A DNA stretch of 63,098 nt, the filler included. It is 12 parts of 12 records of this genome, joined end to end, with 100 filler letters (N's around TTAATTAATTAA, not from the genome) between each part and the next. Parts side by side here need not be neighbours in the genome. Positions count along the whole stretch, not along the records: positions 24,097 to 28,844 come from SRR7504441_8703; positions 28,945 to 32,800 come from SRR7504441_8728; positions 32,901 to 39,299 come from SRR7504441_8781; 9 more parts are not named here. The stretch is one strand, 5' to 3'. Positions 24,097 through 36,954 of the stretch are shown piece after piece. The notes beneath the pieces were generated by a model. It worked only from the letters and a program-made list of their open reading frames with translations, was not told where the DNA came from and did not search any database. Numbering within the stretch: position 1 is the first letter of the stretch; every line of letters starts with the position of its first letter. Made by a program: the position numbers and the translations under genes.

Positions 24097-27000
24097 TTCC
24101 TGTCAGGATTTGAAGGTCATACGAACCAAGCTTTGGCTGGTGCAGCATTGAGCCAGCGAGCAGAGCATACTGGATTTGTGGCAAGCCTGGCAGGCAAGGA
24201 GGGCGAGGCGCTGCAGGCTGCAGTAGAAGCCCTGGTGCTTTCAGCAGTCAAGGACTCGGCTGGTGTGCGTGTTGATGCTCATACCCCGTTGATGGACAGT
24301 GGAGTCGACTCACTGGCTGCTACGGAGTTGCGGAATGAGCTTCAGCAGCAGTTTGGTGGAACGATCAAGCTGCCGAGTACACTGGTGTTCGACTACCCCA
24401 CAGCATCCGCAGTGGCCGAGTATGTCTGTGCACATCTTACTCGTCACCTTGGCGATCATAGAGATTATACCATATACATCAGTGTCGCTTCTGGAACGGG
24501 TTCATTGGGTGCTAGAGTGACCAGTATGTCGGCAATTGTGGCTGGATGCGACGCTATGCATGGAACTAGCATATGGGCCGCAATGATGTCTCAACACAGT
24601 ATGTTGACCACCTGCCCTCCAGGACGTAAGATGCAATCTTCCGGTAGGTTTCCTCTCGTTGGCTTCTTCATAGACAATTGCTGGAATGCTGCGGCCTCAC
24701 AGGAACCAGTTGATTTCGTCATGCCAAAGCACACACCTTTCGACAGCCATGTTCTGCATCTTCTATTGACCATTTCGACGGTCATTTCCGAGGCTTGCAC
24801 CACGGATGACTCCATGATGCACCTGGAAACAACGAGTTCTGAACAGACAGCAGTCTTCACAGCCGCTGATCCATCCGATTTTCTTGAGTACATCCCATCT
24901 TACCAACTGGCACACATTATACCTGCGACACTAAAGATTGCTAGACCGGCTGTCAATTTTGATGCGGCTTGCTCAGGGGGGTACTTGGCTCAATTTCATG
25001 GCTTTCAGTGTATTCAAACTGGCCAAAGCAATGTTGTGGTCGTTGCAGGTGTTTTTCTGCTATTAAAGTCCGACACCCTCGAAAAGCTGCATGATTTTGG
25101 AATCCTTTCCCCTAGCGGGTCCATGAGAGCTTTCTCTAGCGTTGCAGACGGACTTGTCTGCGGGGAAGCCTGTTGCGCTGTTATGCTTCAATCAAGTAGA
25201 GGGCTGGGAGGACTTGTTGACATGGCAGGCTGTGCAATTGCAACAAATAATCCATCCAGTCCATTTGGCTTTGCCGATGGATGTGCGATGGCTACTGCTA
25301 CCAGGCTGGCGCTTCAGCATGCAAACGTTCATCCAGATGAGGTACACGCTGTACATCTCCATGCAACTGGAAGCCAGGCTTCGGACGTTGCTGAAATGGC
25401 TGGTGTTCTGCCTGAGCTGGCCAGAGATTGCATCAATCGAACTACGATCTCGCTTATTGGTCATAAGGCAAACTTTGGTCACTCTGTAGCAGCATCTGGG
25501 ATCCTAGCCCTTGTCTCATTGGGGCTTGCTGCACAGCACCGCGTGATACCAACAGTTTTGCATGTGGCAAAAGCACCGCGTCCTCTTCGACAGGCTAAGA
25601 CGGTGTCATTACCTGTTGCATTAGCGCGAGAGCTTACCCTTAACCAGATAATCACTGATTTGAATGGCACCTCTATTAGTGGTGACAATGTAAATCTCGT
25701 TCTGTCACATCGCATGACCGTGGGTCCCAAGGAACTTGTGCATGACCACTGTCGCATCAACCTTGTCTTAAGGTCGGACAATCACGTGACTGGTCTTGTT
25801 GGTGCTGTACCAGATGGTACAGCAGCAGTTGGTGCTGTACCAGATGGTACAACAGCAGCAGCTGTGCCATCTTTATCAGCGGCAATCGACAGCAACGGAG
25901 CCTTATCAAGAGTGTCAGTCGCATGTGCCGTGTGCCAAGCAGCTGGTGGCGTGTGCAATCTGAATAAATTCTGGACGTTCCTGTGCTCAGCAAGAAGTGC
26001 TGTATCTACGAATCCACCAGTTCGGTGGGGCAAAGCAGTGGCAAGTACGGGCCCGTCCACGCTCGCTCTGGCTGGTGCATTCATTGACAACGTTTCTGTA
26101 AGCAAGGAGACGCCAACAACAGGTGCTTACGACATGAGGCCCCTCGATTTGCACCTTCTGTCTCTGATTGATGTCATGTCACAAGCTCTCGAAGTCAGCA
26201 AGATCTCTGCAGTCAGCTCAAGCAGTCAAAGTGACGATACAGGGATTTATACTGCAGCAGCAAGTTCTAAGTTCCTGCTGCCAACAGAAGCCTGTCACGT
26301 TTCCCATGTTGTTGCATCAGCACTCCATGTGCGTGGGCCACATTGCAACTTTGACTCGCTCTGTGCAAGCACGTATCTCGCCATGCATCGTGCAACTGAA
26401 ATGCTTAAAAGTCAAGCCTGCTCTGCGGCAGTAGTAGGTGGTGTTTTCTTGAAGCTCAAATGGGATCAAGCAGATGCACTGTATTTTTCTCAGACTGGAA
26501 CCATGAAACCATTTTCCTCAGATGCAAGTGGCATCGTTCAAGGTGAAGCGTGTGCTGCACTTGTCCTCCAGACTGGCAAGGATCGCAATCAACTTCTTTC
26601 CATCGCAGGGTCTGCGATTACCAGCAGCTCCACTGCTAACATGGTCGGAACACCAGATCCTCGAGCCATGCAGCTTGCCACACAGGCTGCTTTCGGTCGT
26701 GCTGGTGTATCTGGAGGAGATGTCTGTGCAGCTCATCTGCACGCTTGTGGGAGCCTTGTCTCTGACATGGCTGAGCTGCAAGCTGTGCTCCCAAGTCTGG
26801 AGGCTTGCCGACCTACCAACACCCCAGTCATCTTACCCAGCCACAAAGCAAACCTAGGTCATTCTGTCTATGCGGCTGGGATATTGGGAGTGCTCACAAT
26901 CATGCTGGTGTCATTGCACCGTACAGCTCCCCTTGTGATTAGAATTCAGAAACAGGTGAAACCACTTCGCGCAAATTCGCAGACGCTACTCCCTACAGCT

Positions 27001-28844
27001 GCATCAACAGCTCTACATTGTAGAGACAACATCGTGAGCAGCATAAATGGAACCTCGTCTAGTGGCTGCAATGTACATTTGGTAGTCCACGCTTCCATTG
27101 GGTCCTCCAAGAGTCAAGTCGTCCTCAATTCAGATCAGTTGTTTTGCACCCTGCAGATGTCTGAACCCTCTGTGGAACCCCTTGTGGAACAAAATAAAGG
27201 GAGACAAGATGGTCTTTGTAAGCTCGGCGATCATGCTCAGGCTGGAGCTACCGCTTCCAGAGGCAACACATCAGATCATGTCAAGCTCGAGGCACTTATC
27301 ATTCGAGCCATTCAACATGAGTTGGAGGGGCTGACACTAGCAGTTGACCAGCCATTCATGACAGGTGGAGTGACTTCAGCCCAGATCGTCCGACTTTCTC
27401 GAATACTCAGTAGCAAGACTCGGCAAGTAAGCCCCGTGGACATATTCAACTACCCCACGGCATCAGTCCTTGCCACTCACTTAGGGAGCACGACACATCC
27501 TATGCAAGCTGTTCCAAGTAAAAACACAAATGAGGAAATCCACGATCCTTCAAAATACCAACTGGACAAATCTCCGGATGTCCTGGGCCTTCGGCTTATT
27601 GCACCAGGCGAGCCAACTGAGCACGTGTGGCTGTCTATGTGTAGAGCACAAAACACGGTGGGAGTTGCACCACCGGATCGGTGTGATGTTCACATGCCGG
27701 CACACATACAGATGTTACAGACCTCTCAAGGGCATTTTGTTCGTTATGCTGAGTTGTTTGATGCCCAATATTTTGGCATGGGTAATGCAGAATTGACGCA
27801 GACATCAAGCGCTCACTTGAGTGCTGTACAAACCGCTCATGCAGTGTGTGCGGCATCGAGACACCTGAAGAGCGGTCCTTTAAGCTCCACAGGAGTGTTC
27901 TATTCAGATGTGGGCGCGTGTGGTTTTACTCTATTTCAGGACGAGTCCAGCTTCAAGGCTAGTACCTATGCATTCTATGGGGCCGATGTCGCCATGGGTA
28001 TGGTAGTAGCAGGAAGAGTTTCTTATGTTTTAGGTTTGAAAGGTCCATCTTTGACAGTGAATACTGCATGCTCTGCCTCGTTTGTTGCACTGGACATAGC
28101 ATGTATGAATATGCACAGACAGCAGTGCAGTCTGGCAATTGTATTGGGAATCCACATTAATCTTCATCTGTCGACTTTCTTGTTGCCGTCTAGCATCAGG
28201 GCTCTAGCATCTGATGGTCAGAGCAAGACGTTTGATGCCGCTGCTAATGGTTATGGACGTGCCGAGGGTGCCGCTGCTATTATGCTAGGGCAAGCCCAGG
28301 GAGAAGATGCACATGCATCTGTGGCTGGCAGGGCTGTCAACCAAGATGGCCGGACCGCAAGCATGGCCGCTCCTAGTGGCCAAGCACAGGAGGCTGTTAT
28401 CAAATCGGCCCTCTTTGATGCTCATATGAGTACTGTGCCACTGCTTGAGGCCCACGGAACAGGCACAGCACTTGGAGACCCAGTTGAGATGGATGCGTGC
28501 AGACGCACATTGTTAGTGAACGGCACCTGGCCATTGGCTATTTCAGCATTGAAGTCTCGATGTGGGCATTTGGAGCCTATTTCTGGTTTAATCGCCTTGA
28601 TCAAAGGCGTCTGGACAGTTCGTAAACAGCTCAATCCCGCGAATCTACACCTGCAAATGACCAATCCACTCCTTGATGACACCACTGCTTGGACCATGAT
28701 GTCAGAAACTGCTCCGTTCACAAAGTCAGCTCAGTCATTCGGGGCAACGAACATGGGAATCACCGGCACCAATGTTCATGCAGTGTTGACTTCTTGCAGA
28801 GTGCAAGAGTTTTTGGCTGAAGAGATTGTGGTGGCGTACAGACA
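24097..28844 (+). CDS. Fragment of a modular type I polyketide synthase: ACP-KS-KS-ACP-KS (both ends truncated)
   Basis: ACP motifs MDSGVDSL and GGVTSAQ. KS triads DAACS/HATGS/GHS, DSLCA/HACGS/GHS and NTACS/EAHGTGT/GHLE. Confidence 0.88.
25798..25858 (+). repeat. In-frame 30-bp tandem duplication (VGAVPDGT x2) in the KS-KS linker
   Basis: gttggtgctgtaccagatggtac occurs twice, 30 bp apart. Confidence 0.9.
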
Positions 28845-28944
28845 NNNNNNNNNNNNNNNNNNNNNNNNNNNNNNNNNNNNNNNNNNNNTTAATTAATTAA
28901 NNNNNNNNNNNNNNNNNNNNNNNNNNNNNNNNNNNNNNNNNNNN

Positions 28945-30887
28945 GCCAGAGGTTTCCTCCTCGTCGCCGCACTGGTGGTGGCGGCACGCGCGGACGTGCT
29001 GGCACTGGACGTGAGCACCCTCGGGGGCAGCAAGGACGTGGTCGACGCCGGGGTGGTAGCCCAAAGCTGGCAGCGCGCCTCGCTGACCAACCAGTCCTGC
29101 AACCAGTACAACCAGGAACTGCGTGCCAGCGGCCCGGGTTACGTGTACAACCGGAACAGCACCAGCCTGGTGGTCAGCCCGAGAGATGTGGCCGGCGGTA
29201 ATCCGCCCGGCGCCGCTTGGTCCACCCCGGGGGGCAGGCCAGCTGCTCCGATGGGCCAACGAGCCCGACCGGATCCTGGCCCAGCTCTACTGCCACAAGG
29301 TGCCGCGCCGTGCAGCAGCGGGGGGCGACCCGGGGCAGAGCGGGTACGTGGTGGTGAACATGACATTCAGTACCAACGCCACCGAGCCGGTCTCGATATT
29401 CTGGGGCAAGCACTGCACCGTCTACTCTTCCTGGTACGGCGCCGGCCAGGGCCCGGTGATGGCCGGCCCAGGCAAGAGCTTTTCGACCCGGGCAACATCG
29501 GGATGATCTTGATCGCGGTGTCGGTGGTCACCTGGGCCGGGCTCCGGTGCAGCAGCTCGTTTGTGAGGCAAGTGCAGCAAGGTGGCCCGCCCCCAGCTCG
29601 GCTCGAGCGCAGGCGGCAGCGGCTGGCAACGACACCGAGATCAGTGTCTCCAAGGCGGTGTTCTTCGTGTTCTTTGCGAGTGCGTCGCTGCTCATGATCT
29701 TCTACTTCCTTTCGATTATATCTGTGCCAAAACAGCGTGTCTACTCGGGTGAGCTCTGCGGGGCAGGTCCTGCTCACCATCGTGTTCTCCTTCGTGTCAC
29801 TGATCGCCGTGGCCATGCTGTACTACTCCATAGCCCGACCGACTACCTGTGGTCGCTGGCTTGGCCAATTTGGGCGCTCGGTGCCCGGGTTCGGTCATGT
29901 AACTGGACTGGAGTTCTGCTCCGGGTTGGTCGGACTGCTGTTCGTGCTGCTGTGGTTCTTCACTGGGCACTGGGTGTTCAACAATGTGCTCGGGGTCTCG
30001 ATCTGCATGTACATGATGACTGTGCTCCGGCTCTCCAGTATCAAGGTCATTTGATCCTGACGGAAGCTCGTGAGTTCTGCCTGCAGGTGGCAGCGGTGCT
30101 GCTCACCCTGCTCTTCTTCTACGATATCTTCTGGTGGGACGGGCCAGGCAGACCCTGGGCTGAGCGCGGCTGCAGGGTGTTCTTCTCCGAGCCGGTGTTT
30201 GGATCCAACGTGATGGTCGCTGCAGCCAAGGGGCTAGACCTGCCCATCACTCTCAGGCTGCCGCGTGGAATCACCACACCATGTTACACCCCCAGCCAGA
30301 CTATGCTCGGTCTGGGCGACATTGCCCTCCCGGGGCTGCTCGTCGTGTTCACCCGACGCTTTGACCTGGCCCGCCCGAGCCGCACGGTTGGTCAGCTAGC
30401 TCGTACTGGCCTGATTGACTGCAGGTGGGCTACTTTTGGATCTGTGTGGCTGGGTATGCGGTTGGAATGTGCACCTGCTTTGTTGTCCTGTTTGTGTTCC
30501 GACACGCGCAGCCGGCCCTTCTGTATCTGGTCCCGTGCACACTCGGCACTGTGTGCGTGGCAGGTCTGCCCAACTCGGGAAACTAGCTGAGCTGTTCGCT
30601 GCGCAGGGGCGGTTAGGGGCGAGCTCTCCGCACTCTGGCATGGCATACAGCCTCAGCGAGCCGCGTCGCACAGCGCTGTGCCTGGCGCTGTGGTGGAGCC
30701 GGTGGATGGCGAGGAAGATGTGGAGACTGGGCACGAGGTGGTCAGTCAAGATGACGAGCTCAAAGATACAGACTCGAAAGAGATCGAATCCGTGGCCGAG
30801 ACCGAAGGTTCAACGCTCCTCGCCGACAACAGCAAGTCCGAAGAGACAGCGAGTCCTGTCCGGAATGACCCCAAAGATGATCTGTAG
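28945..30887 (+). CDS. Signal peptide peptidase-like (A22B) intramembrane aspartyl protease with luminal N-terminal domain; about 9 mini-introns, start just off contig
   Basis: HWVFNNVLG, FFYDIFWVF, SNVMV, MLGLGDIALPG and QPALLYLVP recovered after splicing. Confidence 0.9.
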
Positions 30888-31255
30888 ATTCCGTGCGCAA
30901 AAGAAATCGTGGTTACACGAAATCTTGCAAGCAAGTGATCTTGCAAGTGAAATACGCATACATACGTACTGTACAATGTCATGTCAATACTGTGTCAATA
31001 CAATCATGTATTATTCGTTTAAGTCTTGTATATCAATACGATCATGCACTTACATAATTGTACTACTGTGTATACTACTTGTATGCATGTAATCGATGAA
31101 GTGTGTCTAGCTACCCAGCCAGATTTTGGGGTCTTCTTGCAGGCGGTATGCGTCCAACCGGATATTCAGTTGTCCTTAATTGTGACCCTGTGTTGTATGT
31201 GTCTCTAATGAGTCTTGAGATCGGATGCTCGGAGTGGCGGCTACACCCACACATT

Positions 31256-32800
31256 CTAGATCCGATTAATGACGAGGCAGCTGCGCCTCGGAGGCTCTTT
31301 CCAACGCAGTATGTGACGCAGTAGCTTAAAATGATCCGCATCAATGTCGAAATCTTCAGTATAGCCTGACCCAGGCCCTGTATATTTCAGTCGGAGCCTC
31401 CCGTAAGGGCCGTTTGTCCCTTTGAGCTTTTTGGCAACAACAACTGGCCACCAGCAACCTTTGTTCGACCTTTGGCCATCATTCCAGATTTCGAGCCTGG
31501 TGCCATACGGACACTTGAACAGCTCCTCCTGGGTCGGTATCTTCCAGCTTCCTCCATCAGTGTCCTCAGCAGAATCAGTGTGCGCAAGCTCCAGGGCTCC
31601 AGGCTCCGGGTCACAAATATTGTCCAACGCACAAGTCTGCTGCCGCTCTGATAGTCCTTCCGTAGATACCAAATCCACCTGCACACACTTGTTCGGCACC
31701 ACAGCTGGCTTGGACTTCTTGGAAAGTCTGGCATCCGGTTTGGGGCTGTCCTTCCTCTTCAGCAGGCTCGCCTTCTTCTTACAAATTGATTTGTGCGAGC
31801 AAAAGGAATTGGAAGATCCGAACTCGGTCCTCGACCTATTACAATATGGGCAATGGTCCTTGGCTGACTTGCTGGCCGCCTTCTTGGACGGCGTAGCCTT
31901 CTTTGGCGGCTGCTTCTCAGGGGCGGCGGCTTTGGCAGTGCGCGCTCTCTTGCTCGGTTGTTGAGCTGCAGTGTCGACCTTCTTCCAGTGGGCCAGCACT
32001 CCCGCAACCAATTGGCCCGTTTGCAGCTTTCTGCTCTTTGCGCCCGTACCAGGAGTAGCTCCCACGACCTTGCCGTCCATCCCGTTTATGTCAGTAGGAC
32101 CCACCAGCCCAACCACCCGAACATGCTCGCCTTCAGCCAAATGAGGAACAGCGGTGAGCTCGCATCCCAGTGGCGAGGCTCTTGTTTCCACAACTGGCGT
32201 TGCTGTATCTACTGCCATGGGTGTGCTCTCAACCCCACAAGTCAGTCCATCCATCAGCTTGGCATCATCATCAACACCGACAGGAACTCGTATTGCAAAA
32301 GGCGTGGCTTTGCAACTTGAATGGTTCACACCGCTCTCAACAGCTTTTGGTGGCATCTTTTGATATAATGACTGTACACGCTGCTTCAAGCATGCAGCAA
32401 GCTCCAGCCGTGCAGCCCCACGGCCAGCCCCACATGGTGGGCGCTGGAGAGATTCGGCTTTGCATACTGTCACGCCACTTGGTGTCAAGATTAGTTGCTG
32501 CTGCTTCCCGGATGAATTCAAGCTTCGTAGTTCTACAAGCTCACGGGAAATTAAGCGGTTCAGACTCATCTCTAGTTCTGATATGTTGTGCTTTCCATCT
32601 GGTGTGTTGGCCACTACATCAGCACTTTGGCAGCGGGGAACATCAGCTCGCAACTGGGATCCATGATCGCAACTCGCAACAGCCTGATCATGGGTCAAAG
32701 GGTTGTCCAGCGCCTCTAGCCAGGCTGTCAGTGCCTGCATTACATCCCTGACTTTCACTGGATTTTTCACTTGATCCAAATCATCGGCGTGAGAATGGCA
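31256..32800 (-). CDS. Hypothetical nuclear protein: KOW/SH3-like segment, C2HC zinc finger, C-terminal Tudor/Agenet-like domain; 5' truncated
   Basis: VRVVGLVGPTDINGMDGKVV; CPYC..HKSIC; GTRLEIW..CWWPVVV..LRLKY; K-rich NLS-like stretches. Confidence 0.45.
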   Translation of the reverse strand, partial: CHSHADDLDQVKNPVKVRDVMQALTAWLEALDNPLTHDQAVASCDHGSQLRADVPRCQSADVVANTPDGKHNISELEMSLNRLISRELVELRSLNSSGKQQQLILTPSGVTVCKAESLQRPPCGAGRGAARLELAACLKQRVQSLYQKMPPKAVESGVNHSSCKATPFAIRVPVGVDDDAKLMDGLTCGVESTPMAVDTATPVVETRASPLGCELTAVPHLAEGEHVRVVGLVGPTDINGMDGKVVGATPGTGAKSRKLQTGQLVAGVLAHWKKVDTAAQQPSKRARTAKAAAPEKQPPKKATPSKKAASKSAKDHCPYCNRSRTEFGSSNSFCSHKSICKKKASLLKRKDSPKPDARLSKKSKPAVVPNKCVQVDLVSTEGLSERQQTCALDNICDPEPGALELAHTDSAEDTDGGSWKIPTQEELFKCPYGTRLEIWNDGQRSNKGCWWPVVVAKKLKGTNGPYGRLRLKYTGPGSGYTEDFDIDADHFKLLRHILRWKEPPRRSCLVINRI

Positions 32801-32920
32801 NNNNNNNNNNNNNNNNNNNNNNNNNNNNNNNNNNNNNNNNNNNNTTAATTAATTAANNNNNNNNNNNNNNNNNNNNNNNNNNNNNNNNNNNNNNNNNNNN
32901 GTGCTCAGCCTGCCCTCAGC

Positions 32921-34092
32921 TCAATTCACCGCTTCTTTAGCATAATTATCTAATAAACAGCCACCTGTTGTTCGCAGCTCTGTCAGCCCCGACGCCACCA
33001 CCATCTGCACTGTGTGGTAGATCACGACCGGCAGCATGTAGAGCCCTGCCTCGCCCCCTGGGAATATGGCCGCGATGATCGGCACCGCCATCCCCTCCGA
33101 TTTCTGCGGCGCCACAAATAAGATGGCTGCGCGCTGTGGCAGCTTTAGCCTCACTGAGAGCAGCCACGCCCCCGTGAGTGCACAGAGGTGCACAGCCGTC
33201 ACAAAGCCGATCAACGCTGCGAGCTTGGCGAGGGTGAGCCCGTGGGCGCCACCGTCGAGCACCTTACAGAAAAGGAGGTAGAAGATGACCACCATCATCA
33301 GTTTCATGCTCAGCCGAGCTGCCCGCTGCAAGGGCGCGAGCACGAGCGTGCGGGCAGCTAGCCCCCACTGCAGCAGCATACCTCCCACAAACGGGGTCAC
33401 CACTGTGAGCCCGACCCTGCCCAGTGACTTGGCCGCCTGCTGGCCGCCGGCCTGGCCCAACAGCAGTTGGGCAGTGAGTGGAGCCACAACTGTCCCGACC
33501 AAGTTGCCGACCGCCGCGTTGACAGCTGCCAGCATCTCGTCCCCGCCGGCCTGTTGGGTGAAGAGCACGCACGTGTTGCATGTGGTTGGCATGCACATGC
33601 AGGCCATCACCCCGGGCGCAAGCCCCGCCGGGATCAGCCCCCGCTCCCACCGCCAGCGGTACACACCGAGGTAGTACAGTCCCGGCAGCGCCAGCAGCGA
33701 GTAGCTCTGACACAGCAGCGTCAGCAGCAGCCCGCTCCGGACCAACTGGCGCAGGCCACCCAGTTCTAGCGTAAGGCCGACCGCCACGAACAGGCTGGGC
33801 ACTAGCACGGCGTTAATCCGGCCATACCACGCCGCCCCTGGCCCGGGTGCCGGCAGCGCAGCCGCCAGACAGAGCACCAGCGTCAGCCCGGGCCACGCCC
33901 GGTCCAGCCAACCGCAAAGCCGCGCCCTGCCCGACGGCCGTGCCCCGGGCGGGGGGTCGCAGGACGGCTCAGGCTCCACCGCTCGGCTCACTCAGCCTGT
34001 CCCGGCAAAGGCGGCAGATAGCAAGGAGCCCGGTCCGGGACACCGCGGCGGGGGGCTGCAGCTGTGCCGCCTGTGGCCTGGCCCGCGTCCGT
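32921..34092 (-). CDS. Bile acid:Na+ symporter-like (SBF-like/SLC10A7) transporter; start apparently non-AUG
   Basis: CMPTT..VLFTQQAGGD..AAVNAAVGNLVG, APQKS..MAVPI, LPVVIYHTVQMVV; about 10 TM segments. Confidence 0.82.
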
Positions 34093-34146
34093 TATCTTTT
34101 TCGCTGTGGCCCTCTGCTGGCCGGTGATATCACCACAGTGCTCATC

Positions 34147-36651
34147 ATGGCGGACGGTGAGGAGAGCGAGCCTCCTCGCGAGACGAGCCTGGTGGCGACT
34201 GGGCTGGGCGTGACCAAGGACCTCACGCGCGCCGCCTCAGTCGGCGCGTCTTTCGGCTTTGGGGCGCGCACCGCTCGCCGGCAGCTCTGATTGCCGCTGA
34301 AGGTGGCTGCCAAGTGCACCGCCGCCGGATTCTGGATCGCCCGGCGCTGCGTCGGCGCCCCAGCCGCAGTATTCGGCCCGGTGCGGCTGGGCCGAGCTGG
34401 CGCGGGGCAGGTGCTCCCTGAGCGCTCGTCAGCTGCGTCAGTGCTGAAAGCGGTCGGCTCGATGGTGGAGTGTGCCGAGGTCGGCTGGCTTCCACAGTGG
34501 GCGGCCCGGTTAGCCTGCGGGGGCAGAAGTGCTCATCGATCGGGATCTCGACCGCCAAGACAGTGACCACCACTTCACTTGACACGACCCAGTGCGACGC
34601 TGGCCGGCCCTCCCCCAGCGGGGGCAGCGAGCTGTTGCACCACTCGGGCGTGGAAGGCGGGCAGCTGTGGGCGGCTGCCGGCCCGGCCATGCTCGGACCG
34701 GATGCGGCTTCGGCGGTGGCGGCGGTGGCGTTGCTGCTCAGGCAGTACACGGAGGGCTTACCGGAGCCTATTGGGCTGAGCGATCTCACGACTGTGCGCT
34801 GACAGCAGGCCTGACTGACCCGCCGCAGGCGCTTGGGGTGCTCTATAGGCTCCAACGGTGCCAGCGGGCCCGCATACATTCAACCTGTCCCGTCAGATCT
34901 CTCCCCGCCTCCGGCGCACGGTGAGCCTAGCCCAGGCGGGAGTCACCAGCAGCGTAGGTATATGCGCTTCTCTGCGGCTACGTACGGCGCTGCCGCGCTG
35001 CAGGCGCTCGGTTGCTCCCCATGCATACTGGGTGCGACCATTCCGCAGGCGAGTTGCCGCTGTTCAGCTGCGGTGACGACGTGAGCGCGGCGGCCGCCAT
35101 GTCAGGGATTCCACGGTGTGACTGCAGCCCTGGCCGGTGCATGCAATGCGGGCAGTGAGGACGTCCTAGCACTCGAGACTAAGAGCTCGATCTACAGTAA
35201 GGTCAACCGGCCGCTCCCCCGAGCGTGGGGCAGGTCCAGGCTGGCTGCTGGCCCTCGATCGGACGGAGCAGGCAGTCGTGCTCGCTGTACGGGGGACACT
35301 TCGACCACAGGCGCCTCCCCGGGCATACCAGGCTGAGGCTTGACTGCAGGACGTCTTGACCGACTTGGCCTGTGCGGCACTGGTACGATTGGGTGCGAAT
35401 ACGGCCAGGTGAGAGTGTGCCACTTGTGGACCAGAGCACGCCAGAGCTCAAGGCTGCTGCGGACCGGGCACACAGGGCGGTGGGGGGTGCCTACGGCCTT
35501 GTGAGCATGGCCAGCTCGGGGAATTGTGGGAGGCCCAGTCGGCCGCGCGGCGGGTGGCGGCAGGAGAGGGGGCGGGGTTGGAGACAGTGAGCCAGCTGCA
35601 GCGTGCCAAGATCGAGGCAGGCAGCGACGAGGCTGGCTGAAGGGCAATGCAGGTGGCGGAATCGGGGCTGCTGGCTCGGGCACTACCTGGAGACCAGGCT
35701 TTTGCCTCAGACTTGGCGGGCCTGATATGGGGTCTAGGTGCATCGCGGGTTTAAAGAGTCGTCGCAGAGGCTATTTGAGAGAACTGTGGCTGAAGTGCTC
35801 ATGCCTAGCAGATCAATATGAAACGGCTGTTCAGGTGCACGCGGCCCTGGCTGACACCGGCTGGCACAAACTGGTGCTGTGCGGGCACTCGCTTGGGGCT
35901 GCGGTGCCTGTGCGCCTCACTCGGCTCTCAGTGGGGCTGCAGGTTGCGAGCCTGCTTGCGATCCGGTGGAGGGCACTGCTGCCAGCTCACTGCCAGGCGC
36001 GACCTGCATATCCTAGCGGCTAGATGGCGCTGTCAGGTAGAGGCCTGGGCGTATGGCGCGCCTTGTGTTGGGTCCGTCGGGCTGGCCCGACGGTGCAACG
36101 GGCTGGTCACCTCGGTGCTGCTCGGTGCCTGGTCAGCCTGGGCTGTCAGCAAGGGCGTGGGCAGGAGATGACATGGTGCCCCGGTTCAACCTTGGGGCGA
36201 TGCTCGACCTGCGCCAGGCCGTTGTCGCGATCGCACGGCGCGGCGATGCAGCCCAGCAGCTCACAGCCGAGGTGTTGGACCAGGCCCGGTCGGGCCGGAG
36301 CGGTTGGCGCCAGGTGGAAACGGGGCAACCAAGCGAGGCTGCTCGCGCTATGTTCCGTGAGGCCACCGCCCGAACCAGCGAGAGGTGAGGGGCTTCCTGC
36401 AGCTGGGACGGAGCGCGTGGGCGCAGGCTATATCCTGCAGGAGAGCTGTTGCACCTCCCGGAAGGTGGCAGGGAGGCACTAGTACGAGACCAACTCGATC
36501 CGGAGGTGCGAGCGCTAAAGGGCTGAGGACGCCAAGATCATGACAGGTGAGCGAAATGTGGCTGTCTCGGCGCATGTTTGCTGCACATATGCCCGGAGCT
36601 TACCTTGCGGGCACGTCAGTAGCGGTGCCATCACCTAGCGCCGGGTTATGA
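34147..36651 (+). CDS. Class 3 lipase (DAG-lipase-like), many mini-introns
   Basis: YMRFSAATYG, LVLCGHSLGAA, AYGAPCV, DMVPRFN, C-terminal MFAAHMPGAY. Confidence 0.78.
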
Positions 36652-36954
36652 GTTTGCTGGAGACTGCAAAGAAAATTGATTACGCACACGTTGCACATAC
36701 GTTGGCAGTGTACATTACAAGTAGCCTCCGGGGAAGGCGTATCGATCCGTACATTTCAAGTGCAGTCGAGCTTGCACGCGCTACGAGTAGATACGCGCTA
36801 GATCGTTGCTAGCACATCGATACATTTACGATACATGGTCTTGTATTGTTTTGGACACGGGTTATTAATTTCAGTTAAATTTCAGGTACGTACAAGCGAA
36901 AACGTGACCAAATCCCGAGCATCCTCGCAATGGAGACGAGTACCCAATCGAACC

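Noticed and set aside
24097-32800. PKS plus neighbouring genes as a biosynthetic cluster
   Set aside because: The PKS fills its own contig; adjacency across linkers is artificial.
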